From contig NW_021833745.1 of NCBI RefSeq assembly GCF_006345805.1, positions 7,618 through 71,617 on the forward strand: a DNA stretch of 64,000 bases, read 5' to 3'. The position numbers and the translations under genes are program-made. The DNA is from Octopus sinensis. Lineage: Eukaryota. Shown here in pieces: positions 28,071-43,013 of the stretch. The notes below the pieces were generated by a model. It ran no database searches and was not told where the DNA came from. It was given only the letters and a program-made list of their open reading frames with translations. Position 1 is the first letter of the stretch, and each line of letters starts with the position of its first letter.

Positions 28071-28825
28071 CGACGAAATATTATTATAGTTTACCATGAT
28101 GAAGTAGAAGCGAAGAGGTTTATGAAACAATTCTAAGCAGTTTTGTATATGTTGAATGATCCGTAGATCTATTAGACAAATATTCTACCTAGAAACGAAT
28201 GGTGGTTGTGACTGGAACACATTTAACTAAACCATTTTCTCAGGTGTGTTCGGTTGTTAAATAAAAAAGTAAATGCTAGTCGATGAATCTGCAAAATAGA
28301 TTATATGGAATATATTTTTATGCTAGAAATGTAAAATTGATATACGTCCAATCACACTCTACGACCTTTAATAATGAACACATAGTACATAGGTTAACTA
28401 GCGAATATTCCACTAAAGCCGTGAGGGTTTTCATGGTCGCCGATGGTTTGGATAAGAACAACGAAAGCAGTATACATGGAGGTGATTTTTTAATAAAAAT
28501 AATGAAGGTAATTCTTGAATATGAAGGTGATTCATAAACAAATTCCTCTCCTATGCATCCCTCCAAAATTTTGGGAAAAGGGATATGTTAGTCATGTTGT
28601 ATTTAATAATTTTTAAAGTAAAGTCGTTGTTCAGGTTAACTCCTACTGTAGGGTGCATTGTTCAAATTTTTACTGCTACCAAAGCATCCGCACCATCTTG
28701 ATATTTTGGGCGGAATTTGTAGGTAAAAGTACCTCTTTTTCTATCGGTCGGAATTTTTAAGCCGCCATAAAACAAACGCCAACAAAATCTAACAAGACTT
28801 TGCATTCAATGTAATACATCCGAAA

Positions 28826-29711
28826 GGCGGCGAGCTGGTAGGAAGGTTAGCACGCCGGGCGAAATGCTTAACAATATTTCGTCTGTCTTTATGTTCTGAG
28901 TTCAAATTCCGCCGAGGTCGACTTTGCCTTTCATCCTTTCGGGGTCGATTAAATAAGTACCAGTTACGCACTGGGGTCGATATAATCGACTGAATCCGTT
29001 CGAATCTCCTTGTTTCTCCTCGCTGTGTTTAGCCCCTTGTAGGTAGTAGAGAAATAGGTATTTCGTATTAAGGCGGCGAGCTGGCAGAAACGTTAGCACG
29101 CCGGGCGAAATGCTTAGCGGTATTTCGTCTGCGTTACGTTGTGAGTTCAAATTCCGCCGAGGTCGACTTTGCCTTTCATCCTTTCGGGGTCGATTAAATA
29201 AGTACCAGTTACGCACTGGGGTCGATATAATCGACTGAATCCGTTCGAATCTCCTTGTTTCTCCTCGCTGTGTTTAGCCCCTTGTAGGTAGTAGAGAAAT
29301 AGGTATTTCGTATTAAGGCGGCGAGCTGGCAGAAACGTTAGCACGCCGGGCGAAATGCTTAGCGGTATTTCGTCTGCGTTACGTTGTGAGTTCAAATTCC
29401 GCCGAGGTCGACTTTGCCTTTCATCCTTTCGGGGTCGATTAAATAAGTACCAGTTACGCACTGGGGTCGATATAATCGACTGAATCCTTTGTCTCTCCCT
29501 GTTTCTCCTCTCTGTGTTTAGCCCCTTGTAGGTAGTAAAGAAATAGGTATTTCGTCTGCCGTTACGTCTTGATTTCAAATTCCGGCGCGGTCAACTTTGC
29601 CTTTCGTCCTTTAGGGGTCGATAAATTAAGTACCAGTTGCGTACTGAGTTTGATCTAATCGACTGTCTCCCTCCCCCAAAATTTCGGGCCTCGTGCCTAG
29701 AATAGAAGAGA
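28826..29711 (+). mobile_element. Head-to-tail triplication of SINE A1 (245-bp period) followed by a 5'-truncated A2
   Basis: Units start at 28826, 29072 and 29317 and share private variants (gaatccgttcgaatctcc, cttgtagg); the A2 part begins at tatttcgtctgccg (~29548). Confidence 0.92.
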
Positions 29712-30219
29712 ATATAATACATCCGAATTCCTAGCACACACCCACACATACATACACACTTATTCGCATGTGTGTACATACAGTTTGATTCTTTTCCACA
29801 TTACTTATGATTTCAGCAGCGCATAATACTTGTCCAGCACGACAGATGATGTGGCATTAAATAGATTATTTGAAAAAAAAAATCAAAAAATGACTTTTAG
29901 ATGTTTAGGCATCATGCATCATCAAATACACGGAAAGGATGGCACTGAGCTTCCATCCTGCAAGATGCTACGCAAACGAAGAATAGCAAACGGTCTCCAT
30001 CCTGCTTGCAACACGTAGAAGTACTATGAAGAAAATATATTTTAATGGTGTTGTATTATTTATTACCACGTTCGTTTCTCGCTCTTCTGGCAAAATTCAA
30101 TTCATGAAACTCTTTATTTCCATTCTTCGATTATACGCAACTTGTGTGTGTTTGTGTGTGTGTGTGTGTTAATACTTATGTATATAGTAGAACGAGAACA
30201 AAAATTATATATATATATT

Positions 30220-30297
<78 letters not shown>

Positions 30298-30533
30298 GAG
30301 TGTCCCTGTATATATTATTTATGTATCCATGTATGTACAAAGGTATGTATAAATATATATATATATTTATATATATATATATATACCTTTATGTATATAA
30401 ACATATATACATATACACACATATATATATGTCTACATATATATATATAATATATATATATATATTATATATATATGTATATGTATACATATATATATGC
30501 GTGTTTATATATGTTTATATACATACATATATG

Positions 30534-30589
<56 letters not shown>

Positions 30590-31800
30590 CAAACCTTTGT
30601 ACATAATGGATACATAAATATTATATACATAGACACTCCAACATATATATATATATACATGCCTTGTACATATATGGATACATAACTAATATATACAGAG
30701 ACCCTCCAACCTGGGCAAACACTCACAGATGGCTGTATTCTTGTGTCTCTCTGTCTCATTGTTTCTGTGTGTGTCTGTGTCTCTGTATGTAACTGTGTAT
30801 GTGTTCGTGCGTGTATTCATAAATTGTTGCATCTATCTACCGCATCATTCTCTCGAAAAATACACCTAAACCACCCTGGTATCTATCAAAAACGTTCATC
30901 TAAATATACGGTCCTTTCTGTCTGGACCTACATATTTCATAGTGGCGGGTCTTCTCCATTCTCTTACTCGTAACAAAATAACAACACAGACGACGAAAAT
31001 ATACGGAGGCCATTATAAAACCTAGATATACTATGTTGCAAAGATTGGCTGCACGCTGACGCTGCAATCATTTAATCAGAGATTCCTCTTTAATACAAGG
31101 CTGATATGGGATTAAGTCATCAGAATAATCAACAATCAATGTATGTATTAAATAAATCATGAAACATATTGGTCCATTCATATATAAGTAAATCACTAAA
31201 AGAAGCGATATATCCTCAGGGGAGAGGTCAGGTTAAGAAGCAAGACGAAAATATGAAAGTATATATAAAAATAAATGGAATTATTCTGTTCAGACATTTT
31301 ACAATTATGTTTCAGTCCTGTCAGTCAGGAGGCCAAGAAATATCTTCATAATTACTCTATTGTAATTTCTCTATTAACTAAATTAGCTTTAATTAGAATT
31401 ATTCATGAACTTAATCATACTAATTATAATGTCTATTCAAGATCGGTGGAAGATATTTTGTTTTAATTTTATCACTTTGAAAAGGTCGCATTTTCTAATT
31501 TTCATATTTTTTTCGTTAATCAGTGGACATTCAACTACAAGAAAATATTAAGTACTATTTCGTCCATGTACAATATCCTTTCATTGGAGATTGCCTGGAG
31601 ATAGCTGTGTGATGGAGACAAATTATAGATGTCCGAAGACAGTGCCAAAAGCTGCCACAGAAAATAAAATGATAAACAATGGTTCCATAACTGAAGACAC
31701 AACATACACTCATTAATGAGCGCAACAACGACCGCTGTCTACAAAGAAATGAGTTACAATAAACATCTATCTAGCTATCTATTTATCTTTACATAGATGC

Positions 31801-31892
<92 letters not shown>

Positions 31893-31931
31893 CGTGTGAG
31901 TGTGTGAGCGTGTGTATGATTGTGTGCGAAG

Positions 31932-31992
<61 letters not shown>

Positions 31993-32219
31993 TAGGTACT
32001 GTAAATTTAGGGTGAATACTTGATAAGTATAAGCACCTGTATACGCCAGATAGTGGCAGTGAGAGAGAATATATCAAATAAAATCAAAAACAGAACACAA
32101 AGGATAGCCTTTGTGTTCTGCTTTTGATTTTATCTTATATATATATATATAGATATAGATAGATAGATATAGATATAAATATATATGTACATATAAGTGT
32201 ATATATGTGTATATATGTT

Positions 32220-32257
<38 letters not shown>

Positions 32258-32637
32258 CATACGCATTTGTATGTGTGTGTGTTATGGTGACAAAAATATC
32301 GTTTCTTCTAATAATGTTCATACGTCGTTTAGAGATGTTAGAAGCAGCTACTTTGCTCGTTACGGGATCAGCGGCTGTCGGCTGCTTTTCTGTTTATGTA
32401 TTGTGAGTAGGGATGATTGATTGCCATCCCTAGCAGGTCATGGAGTCTAATGACGCAGAAACAATGGTATCTAGGTCTTTTAATGGTACTCTGGGGTTGT
32501 CCGCTCCTTTACTCAAAATATATAGGACACACTTTGAATGGGTTAAAATGTATGAACATAGTTCTTTATAGAGCAGCCACGTTACAGTGGCAAAAACATG
32601 TTACTCTATCCCCCTATACACACGTATATATATATGT

Positions 32638-32738
<101 letters not shown>

Positions 32739-32750
32739 ACTTTATATAAT

Positions 32751-33029
32751 TAGGGCTCAGTAAAATAATTTACTTTGCCACATACTGAAATTTTTAGAAA
32801 TAGAAGCCAAAATGTTTTAATTCGACTAATCTAGAAATGTGAGCGTTCTCAAATAATCTTTGTACATGTGATATTTTGTATTTTCCCTCCATATCTACGT
32901 GAATTATTTTTGAGTAAACACTATCTGGGAGACTCTTTTTAAAGTAGTGGAAATGGCTAAAAAAACATTTTGGCTGCTATTTCTAAAAATTTCAGTATGT
33001 GGCAAAGTAAATTATTTTACTGAGCCCTA
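32751..33029. mobile_element. 279-bp MITE with 68-bp terminal inverted repeats
   Basis: tagggctcagtaaaataatttactttgccacatactgaaatttttagaaatag(a/c)agccaaaatgtttt at both ends in inverted orientation, one mismatch. Superfamily not resolved (TA-flanked GGG termini or TAGGG termini). Confidence 0.9.
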
Positions 33030-33770
33030 ATATATTGAATACGCCTTGAATGGTCCTTTTACATACTGAACACTAGTTGGTGAAATTAATTAATAATTAA
33101 TTGATTTTACCCTTAATCATTGATATATATATAAATGCAAACACGAACAACCTCACATGGAAACTGTTACTTGTTGCATATGAATATAAGTATTGAGACT
33201 CACCTGTTATTCTGGGGGGAGGTGGCCCCGGCATTGAGAATAATGAAAGGATTGTAAATTCGTCAATTGAAGATTGTGAAAACTTGTGTAGACTACTCAC
33301 TTTTTAACAGGACTTTTTCTTCCGGCTATCACATCTTCAGAAGAAAGGAATCATATCCATGTATTTGCCTCATCCTGATAAACGTTTTGCCAAGCGACTC
33401 TACTGCTAGAGTCTGGTACCCTAGAACGGCTTGGGTTCATATGAAGTTTTCAGCGATGTTGATATCCTTCCTTTCTCCCACGCAGAAACTGTTGACAAAA
33501 TATGGTGTCCACTTATATAAACTTTTCATCTTGTTCCGAAATATTGATTTGGGGCTGGGGAAAATTGTTTCTCAATATTTTTGTGTATTAAGGCGACAAG
33601 CTAGCGGAATTTTAAGAACACCGGACAAAATGCTTTTTGTCATTTCTTCCGACTTTACGTTGTGTGCACACATTTCCCTTAGATCGACTTTGCATTTTAG
33701 CATTTCGGGCATCTACCAGTCAAATACGGAGATCTATTAATTAACTAGCTGCAGCCATGAAATTGCTGGC

Positions 33771-34160
33771 CGTAGGCACAAGAAAACTGCACATGGAGAC
33801 AACATGATCAATGGTCTCATTTTGTTGTTGACATACACGACGTGGTGGGGAGCTACCGTCCTGTTGCGTAACGATCCAGCCGTCTAACCTATGTAATTAT
33901 GTTGGTAACCATTACATAGACGAATTTTTCCGTGTTGCAGGTGATATTGGACTTGACTTTGAATGTTTGGACATCACTGAAACTAAATTCTGCCACCTCA
34001 ATTAGGTGAACGAAAAGTTCATCGCAGGTAGGCATTGATCTTGGACTGCTATGATAAACCCTTCTGTTTCTGATTTTAAGCCAGAAGCCATTAGCTAGTG
34101 ATGGGTAAAGTATTGTCAACATCGGCATTATTCGCTCTCTGGGGATTAGCCATTGAGAGG
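33771..34160 (-). pseudogene. Decayed R4/Dong-like (RLE clade) non-LTR retrotransposon ORF fragment (post-RT region and zinc knuckle)
   Basis: Minus-strand translation RANNADVDNT..LMASGLKSETEGFIIAVQDQCLP [165-bp insert] DGSSPPRRVCQQQNETIDHVVSMCSFLVPT, which matches the ETEGFxxAxQDQ and CxxC-ETIxH-C motifs of RLE elements. Confidence 0.8.
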
Positions 34161-34180
34161 TTTTGTTGCCTATTATACTG

Positions 34181-34215
<35 letters not shown>

Positions 34216-34285
34216 TATTATTATTATTATTATTATATTATTATTATTATATATTATAATTATTATTGTTATAATAATAATAATA

Positions 34286-34332
<47 letters not shown>

Positions 34333-34372
34333 TATTATCATTTTTATCATTATCATTATTATTATTATTATT

Positions 34373-34545
34373 CTGTTTGACTTTTGCTTTATGTCTGTAC
34401 AAGTTGGCTCCAAGTCTCACCCAGAGACCTCAAGAGACAACAGGTTGGAAGTTCACGTTGTTGTTATGCCTAGTGGGCCATATATTTGGGGGTTTTTTGT
34501 GTTGTACTAGTAATGTCTAATACATAAATAAAAAACATTTAAAAA

Positions 34546-34546
<1 letters not shown>
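34373..34546 (-). mobile_element. Probable 3' UTR end of an RLE-type LINE, flanked by (AAT)n
   Basis: Minus strand ...gtctcttgaggtctctgggtgagacttggagcc...caaacag-aataataat; (ATT)n on both sides; adjacent to the RLE fragment. The assignment is inferred. Confidence 0.5.
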
Positions 34547-34607
<61 letters not shown>

Positions 34608-34761
34608 TATTATATTATTATTATATTATATCATTATTATCATCATCATTATCATTATCATATTATTATTATTATTATGTGTATGCTCAGCGCTATATCG
34701 TCCGTGTTTCTTCTTTTTCTTCATCATCATCTTCTTTATCATCGTCTTCTTCATCAACGTC

Positions 34762-34794
<33 letters not shown>

Positions 34795-37316
34795 TCCATC
34801 ATCATCATCGTCATCATCATCATCATCATCATCTTCTTCTCCACCTCCTTGTCCTTCCCCTTCTCCTCCTCCTCCTCTTCATCCTCCCGCTGTTCATCTC
34901 CATCCACAATTAGTATAGACGTGATGGTGGTGGTGGTGCTGGAAGTATGGGAGAATTATATTTTTACTGAACCCACTGTTTTTGTTATCATTATTCTTGT
35001 CGTGGTTCCTGAGTCTTTTTGCTCACCATTGTTATTTTATATAAACTAATATATTTTAGGTACCACCATTCAGGTGTTTTTGAGTCAGTGTGTTTGTGTT
35101 TGTGTGTATATTCATGTATGCCCACATACCTGATGTGTGTGTTCAGCAATTCTTCAACCCTTTTATTTACTTTGGATTTCTATGAAGGAAAGATACATGG
35201 TCGAATACTAAAAGAATGTTTGAATGAAAGCTTTGTTGTCCATTGCTGTCAAATTGTAGCTCTCCCAATTCATACCTTTCAGGTAAGACATTTCTGATAT
35301 TCATCATTTTTCGTACGTAATCCATATTTCAAAACCTCTATCCAATTATTTTCACTGTACATCTCGCAGCAGGAACTGCCATTTGCAAACAGCAAATTAG
35401 AGAGGAAAATGGAACAAAAAAAAAAGGAGTAAATAGGAACTAAAAAGAAAAAAAAAAGATAATAGAAATAATTTCTAATAACGACTGGTGTCTATTCATT
35501 CCGGAATCTCATATATGTGTATTTGTGTGTGGGCGTATATACATGTATGTGTATGAGAGAGAGAGAGAGAGAGCATGTGACATAAAAAGGAAACTGTGTG
35601 TGTAAAATTGTGTGCGAGCCTCTGTGTGTACGTATACACCCCCATATATATACATATATACATAGATGAAACTTATGCACAGTTCCCCATACCATTGATC
35701 TTTCCAATATAAATACAATAATCATATACACATACACGTGCTAAGCAGGTTTTTCCAGGAGAAAATATCTACAGACAATGGAATTTATCTTGAATATATC
35801 CTCCGTTCTTACTTATGTATTTCCTCAATCTCTTGTAAGACTTTGACGGAATTATTACATCTACTTGTACACTTTGATTAGAAAGCAAAACACTGTATAA
35901 CTAAAGCAGTGAAGCATTGGGCGACTGTCAAACTAAAATGTAAACTGTTGCTTTAGTCAATAAGTTAGCGGGATTGAACTAGGGCTATGCTTATGTGTGG
36001 TCTTTCTCCTTGCTAGAAACAGCTGATTAGTGTTCCTTTTCTCACATTTAACTATTAAAATGATATGCATTGGAGTATATAGTTCTGGATGCAGACTTTG
36101 GAAATAAATTGAGATACAAATTATTTGAAGTCTTTGATAATACATCGATATAGTTAAATCTGACATTTGGGTCGACATTTACACAAACATCTTTCAGTTG
36201 TGAATTGTACGTTAGTTTTAAGCAATTTGTTTATAATTGTCCCTTATTAAAGCGCAAAGCAATGAATATAAAATTCTGGGCATAATGGATAAATGGATAA
36301 TTGACTAATACGATATTTTATAAAACCGCAAATCTGATATGGACATTTTGTCTCGGTGGATTTAGAGCCGACTATTAGAAGACGGAACGAACACCTTAAA
36401 ACTTTTTTCTTCAGGGGGAGGTTACTCGGTACAATCAACATCAGTACTTAACGGTTAATAAAATATATTAACCGTTTTTATCCCTGGAGGATAAATGGTA
36501 AAGCCGAGCTCTTCGGTATTGAAATCAGAAAAAAATTTTCACTAGAGATATTTCTCGATACGTTATCCAAATTGTCCATTAATTTTAATAGAGTCACTGG
36601 ACCGTCTCCATTTCGGTAGAAGAGTACATCAAATCTTGAGGATTAACATTTTACAGAACTGCGTAACTCAATGTAAACTCTGAGTTGCTTTCGGATTTCA
36701 TATTGTGGGAGCAGCTGTATGATACTTTCATTGAACAACTGTCGAATATTTCTCTTTACATTTAAGTGAGGACTACACACACACACATACACACACACAC
36801 ACAGAGCTTATAACCGAGATCATATGGCAATGTATTTGAATACGTGAGACATTGCAAGATCTCGTTAGAGTGTGGTGAATTGTTGCTGATATATACAATT
36901 ATTTGATGATATTTCTTCAGGAAACTAACACTACACTGTGACATTTAACCTCCATACGACGCCCAAACAATGACCCGCAAATTATGAAGAAAAATGTTAA
37001 CAATACGCAATAAGGAATTATTATCAGCTCACAAAGTCTAAGTTGTAAGGTCCATATATATCATTATTTTATTATTAATGAGAAACAACAAACAATATAT
37101 ACGTATGTATAATCATATGTATACATATGTATATATATGCACACGCACACACATACATGTATATATAAACACACACAGACACACACTCACGTGCACACGT
37201 ATACATACGCAGATATATATACACATATATGTAAACAATATTGCTTGATAGATCGATAGATAAATATGTGTACACCTATATGTTTCAGTGTGTGTAAAGC
37301 AGCTACATATATATAA

Positions 37317-37350
<34 letters not shown>

Positions 37351-38492
37351 GCATATATATGTATATACATATATATATCTACAGATATCTACATTTATAT
37401 ATATGTAACCTTATATATTATATATATATATATATATATGGATATATATATATGATAAATATACATTATAATAAATATCGGAAGCAAGAATTTACAAAAA
37501 AATATCGCTGTAAAAAGAGCAGTGAATCGAAGAACAGGAAGCAGTCGCAAAAACAATCATTCTAACAATGGAAAGGCAAGCTTCAACAATATTACTATTA
37601 TTTGGATGTATTGATTAGGTCTTAGTTTAATATTAAGTCATTAGAGTAGCTAATAAGAAAACCAACGATGCTTTCTATAAAGAAAAATATAGTTTGTCTT
37701 GCAGCTACCAAAAAGATATAATATATATTTACATTAGAGCGCACACGCTCACACATACACTTTAACCTACACATACATATACATATACATGTATACGTAT
37801 ATACAGATAAATATAAATGTGTGTTTATATATACAATTATATAATGGCGTTGGCAAATGTAGGTATACAGTTACTTAATATGACTAGAATATTAATTATG
37901 TTTCTCAATTACTTTTTTAGTATTAGAATGTATAGCTACTTTTGTCTACCCGAGTATGTTTATAGGTATAAAAATATCGATCGTATAAACACAAATATTC
38001 TGTTGGGAGACCTGGTACAAAATATCGTATATCTTTGTTGAAATGCATAGGGTCCTTGCCCTAGACCTATAATCTACAATTGAACCTTATTTTGACGATT
38101 GTTCATAAGGCACATCCATAGGGAAACGATTGCATTACTGAAAAATTTCGAAGATCTGAGTTTGAGCGTAAAAACAAAAATGTTTCAACGCATTAACTTG
38201 TTTGCTGAAATGGGCACAATTCCTAGCGTTTTGTATTGTATATGTATATGCGTTTGTATGGGTGTGTGTTTGTCATTGCCTGTATCTCACCCCCATAACT
38301 GCTTGGCTATCAGTGTTGGTGTGTTTGCGACCCGTTACCTGGCATTTCGGCTAAACTAACAACAGAACAAGTTCCAGCTTAAAAAGCAAGTGCTGGGGTC
38401 GAATCATTCTAATAGACATTGAAGGCAGTGTCACAGCATGTATACAGTCTAATGACGGAAAGAAGAAAAGGATATTTAGTTTTATAAAGTCA

Positions 38493-38882
38493 CTAGCAGT
38501 ATCGCCCGGCGTTGCTCGGGTTTGTAAGGGAAATAACTATATAAGCATTTTTAGAGATGTAAAGTATAATAGCCATCTCAATATGGCTAACCACAAAGTG
38601 GGGTGTTACTGTAGCTTTTTACGTTCTGAGATTTAATAATACATTTTTAGAGAGTTACTTCCCTTATATAATAGCAAAAAAATCCATTAAAAATGGGAAA
38701 AAATGATGGATTTTTTTTAATCGTAGACTCATCGTAGACGCGCGCTAATACCCAGAAGGACTCGATATGAATCACGAGTATAAGATACCCGCTTTTGGTT
38801 AAACTGCACCGCAAAATGTGGGAGTAGTTAGGAATCTAAATCGTAGGAGACAGACACACAACTTCACTTTTATATATAAAGA
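38493..38882 (-). mobile_element. Non-autonomous Helitron, chimeric subfamily
   Basis: Minus strand A|TCTTTATATATAAAAG ... cccgagcaacgccggg-cgatactg-CTAG|T. The 3' end is shared with 54936-55318; the 5' part differs. Confidence 0.85.
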
Positions 38883-39080
38883 TATCCCCCAAATTATCGC
38901 TCTATCTTTCTTTCTATTTGCGCAAATAGAAAGAAAGATACCAGTACCGTTTGTCAAGCGACGGTGAGAAACAAACACAAACGCAGTGCCGCACACAAAC
39001 ACCACACACCACCACACACACACACACACACACACACACCACACACACCACACACATATATTAATATATTATATATATAT

Positions 39081-39134
<54 letters not shown>

Positions 39135-39754
39135 ACATACACACACACATATCAATGAGCAATCTTCTTTGTTTCTACCAAATCCCCTCAGGTTTTCCTT
39201 GTAGCATAGTAGGTGTCACACACAGGTTGGAAAACAACCCTTATACCACACAGTCACGCCTTATATCATAACTATAATTACATTTAGGAATAGAAATTTA
39301 ACACATAATCATTGAGATCCGAATTTGATATCTGTATTTATTTTCATCTGATCCATTCAGTATTTATGGTTAACATCGACCAAATAGATGCAGAACAACC
39401 AACAATAACCATTCAACGTGCAAGTCAACTAATATTAATAAGCTTATTCAAATGGCCTTATATATCTGAATTAATGGTAGGGTATTAATATAATCCCCTA
39501 AATTGAATTATTAGCCATTCCTTGAACAACTGTGATAATTGTTTTGCTAGATGAGGGATGTCCGGGAGCTGGAAAGCCAACGAAGCGCAAAGTGTCACGT
39601 TGTGTCTATACACAGGCATGTACAAAATTTGCAGCTAATCAGATTTATATATAGTGTAGTATTCTTTTCTATATACAGCTATCTCCGTAACCTGACACGC
39701 CATGAAAATAAGATATGTGAATATTTCGTATTTGGAAAGAGAAACATCATATAT

Positions 39755-39968
39755 ATAGGCGTAGGAGTGTCTGTGTGGTAGGTAGCTTGCTTACAAACCA
39801 TATGTTCAGTCCCACTGCGTGGCACCTTGGGGAATTGTCTTCTACTATAGTCTCGGGCCGACCAAAGGCTTGTGAGTGGATTTGGTAGACGGAAACTGAA
39901 AGAAGCCCTTCGTATATATGGATAAGTATATATATATATGCGGGTATATATATATATATATATATAAG

Positions 39969-40023
<55 letters not shown>

Positions 40024-40224
40024 GTGTGTGGTGTGTGTGTGTACGTGTTGATGTCTGTGTTCACGTCACCGTAACTTCTCGCTCGGCAAAAAGACCGATA
40101 GAATAAGTGCTAGGCTTACAAAGAATAAATCCTGGGGTCGATTTGATTCATCCACTAAAGGCGGTGCTCCAACATGGCCACACTCAAATGACTGAAACTA
40201 GTAAGATTGCAAAAGAGTAAGAGT
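39755..40224 (+). mobile_element. SINE group B
   Basis: Head, internal microsatellite and tail all present. Confidence 0.9.
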
Positions 40225-40690
40225 ACACAGAAAATTATATTCATAATAATAATATTTCTTTTTTAAACTCCCAAAATTAATTCATAGTTTCTAGATGTAC
40301 AAAATATTTTGCACACCAGAACATTTCGGGTGCTGAGTCTTTTATAACCATGGCGAATCTATTGCACATATAATGTCCAGACTAGTCGGGCATTGTGTCT
40401 TGAGTATAAAAGAATATCTAGATCAGTGATTTTCAACCACATTTTACCTGTAAAAACTAGTTTTGTAATTATTTCTTTTAAAATTCCTATTTTCTTTTTC
40501 ACACGTCGGATTTTGTAGATTCAATTACATAAACGTTTGAGAATAAGAACTTAATTCTTGTAATGAACACATCTAGAGCAAAGTTTTTTGTCATTTACCC
40601 TTAATATACTACTCATGATCGCTAAATTACCATTTTACTAGCGTTGCCCCACCACCACCACCCAAACATTATATATGGATTTCTGTGTAC

Positions 40691-40954
40691 ATAGGCGTAG
40701 GAGTGGCTGTGTGCTAAGTAGCTTGCTTACCAACCACATGATTGCGGGTTCAGTCCCACTGTGTGGCACCTAAGGCAAGTCTTCTACTATAGCCTCGAGC
40801 CGACCAAAGCCATGTGAGCGGTTTTGGCTTCCCTATGTCTTGCTGTAACTAGCAGCTCTTAATAAATTTAATTATTACCTACATAGGAGTCTATATCTAC
40901 TCTAACTCGAAGCAGTGAGTGGATTTGGTAGACGGAACTGAAAGAATCCCATCG

Positions 40955-40986
<32 letters not shown>

Positions 40987-41207
40987 TGTATATATGTATG
41001 TGTGTGTGTGTGTGTATATGTTTGTATGTCTGTGTTCGTCCTCCCAATATCGCTTCACAACCAATGCTGGTGTGCTTACGTCCCCATAATATAGCAGTTC
41101 GGCAAAATGAACCGATAGAAAGAATAAGTCCTGGGGGTCGATTTGCCCGACTACAGGCGGTGCTCCAGTAAGGCCACAGTCAAATGGCTGAAACAAGTAA
41201 AAGAGTA
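40691..41207 (+). mobile_element. SINE group B interrupted by ~90 bp
   Basis: Head at 40691-40816; resumes at ~40905 (gtgagtggatttggtagacgg) and runs to the tail. Confidence 0.8.
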
Positions 41208-41852
41208 TATGACACTGCTGGACGTAATATGAACTCCGGTTGACAAACATTGATCGGGAATGTCAGATTTGGCTCCAACCAAAGATACAGCCAGGCTCGA
41301 ACGACAGAATTGACTAATAGAATCATTCGCCGGACTTTCTGCGAAAGCCACAGCGAAAACATACGAAAGCCAGTATTGATACCAAAGAAAAGCAGTAGCT
41401 GAAAGTAACGACAAGTCACAAAATAGATACGAAATCACAACTAATTATAGACACGCCAAAACACACAGGGGAGGATGATGAAATATGAATATGCTTTTGG
41501 TTGTGTGTGTGTGAAATAAATACAAAACGACATAGTACTAATCAATTTTTCCAAACTAGACACAATATATTCCTACATAAAACACTCAATATCCTTTTTA
41601 TAGTATCGCTGATATCATCAAATCAAGGTAGTATTATTAGCTTAAGCATCGATTCATAATTTATATTTGCAACCATAAAACATGAGATAGGAACACAACT
41701 AAAAATCGTTGCAAATAGAGAACAAACACAACAAAAAAATCATTAAAGATAAGTTGTACTAATAATATTAAAATAATGGAGCAATAAAACCAATTATATA
41801 TATATATATACATATATTATATATATATACATATACTGAGGTATGGATTTAT

Positions 41853-41918
<66 letters not shown>

Positions 41919-42076
41919 TAATTGTATATAATATATATATAGTATATTTATATACAATATATATTATTAATATATATATATATATAATATAATATATACA
42001 TATATATATATATGTGTATATATTATATATATATAGATATATATCGATAATATATATATATATAACACATCATCAG

Positions 42077-42133
<57 letters not shown>

Positions 42134-42975
42134 GTATGTATATATATGCATCAGCTTAACATGTTGAATATTATTGCTATTATTGTTGTTATTATCATTA
42201 TTATCATAGTCAACACCATCACCATCACCATCATTATCGTTGTCGTTAATAATAATAATAATAATAAGGATAATAATAGAATAACGATACCATCAAAAAC
42301 CAACAAAAACAACTGCAACAACAAGAACAATAATATCAATAGATATTTTTAGCATTATGCACATACGATATTATTCTTTATATTTTTGTCTAAATATTTA
42401 GATAAATGAAATATTTTCCCTTAGGTGAGATTAAAATAGCTGTTGAACACACGCGTATCAGACAAACTCTTATCTCTGAAACTGGAATGTAATCTCTTTT
42501 GATTCTTGATTAGTTTTTTCCTCCCATTATATTTCATATTATGACTTTTTATATTTGATTAGTTTTCCAGGCAGTTTCGTTTGCATTATAATACACATAA
42601 TCATGCTAATGAGTGGAAGAATATGCCATTAGATAAGCGAGATGCATACTGATTCATCGAAAAAATTTGAATGATTTTTAAGCATGTAATTAATAGAAAC
42701 TTTATTATGTAATAATTGTCAGGAGATTGCTGTCGGAGTAATACATTGGATGGTATGTGAGTGTGTGGGAGTGTGTGTGTATAGTAACACACAGGCGCAC
42801 CTAAACATATATGAATGCAGTTATATATATATATATAATATAGATAGAGATAGATGATAGATAGATAAGATATAGATAGATAGATAGATAGATGATAGAT
42901 AGATAGATAGAAGATACAGACATATATATATATATATATATATATAATAGACATATGTATGTACATATATATACA

Positions 42976-43013
<38 letters not shown>

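Noticed and set aside
28318-28566. Minus ORF with YSRITF and ALVEYSLVN, reminiscent of Cys-loop receptor segments
   Set aside because: Motif spacing is incompatible with the TM1-TM3 layout and there are no convincing splice sites; likely chance.
28826-29550. Regularly spaced repeats that might suggest a CRISPR-like array
   Set aside because: The units are whole 245-bp SINEs without unique spacers, in a eukaryotic context.
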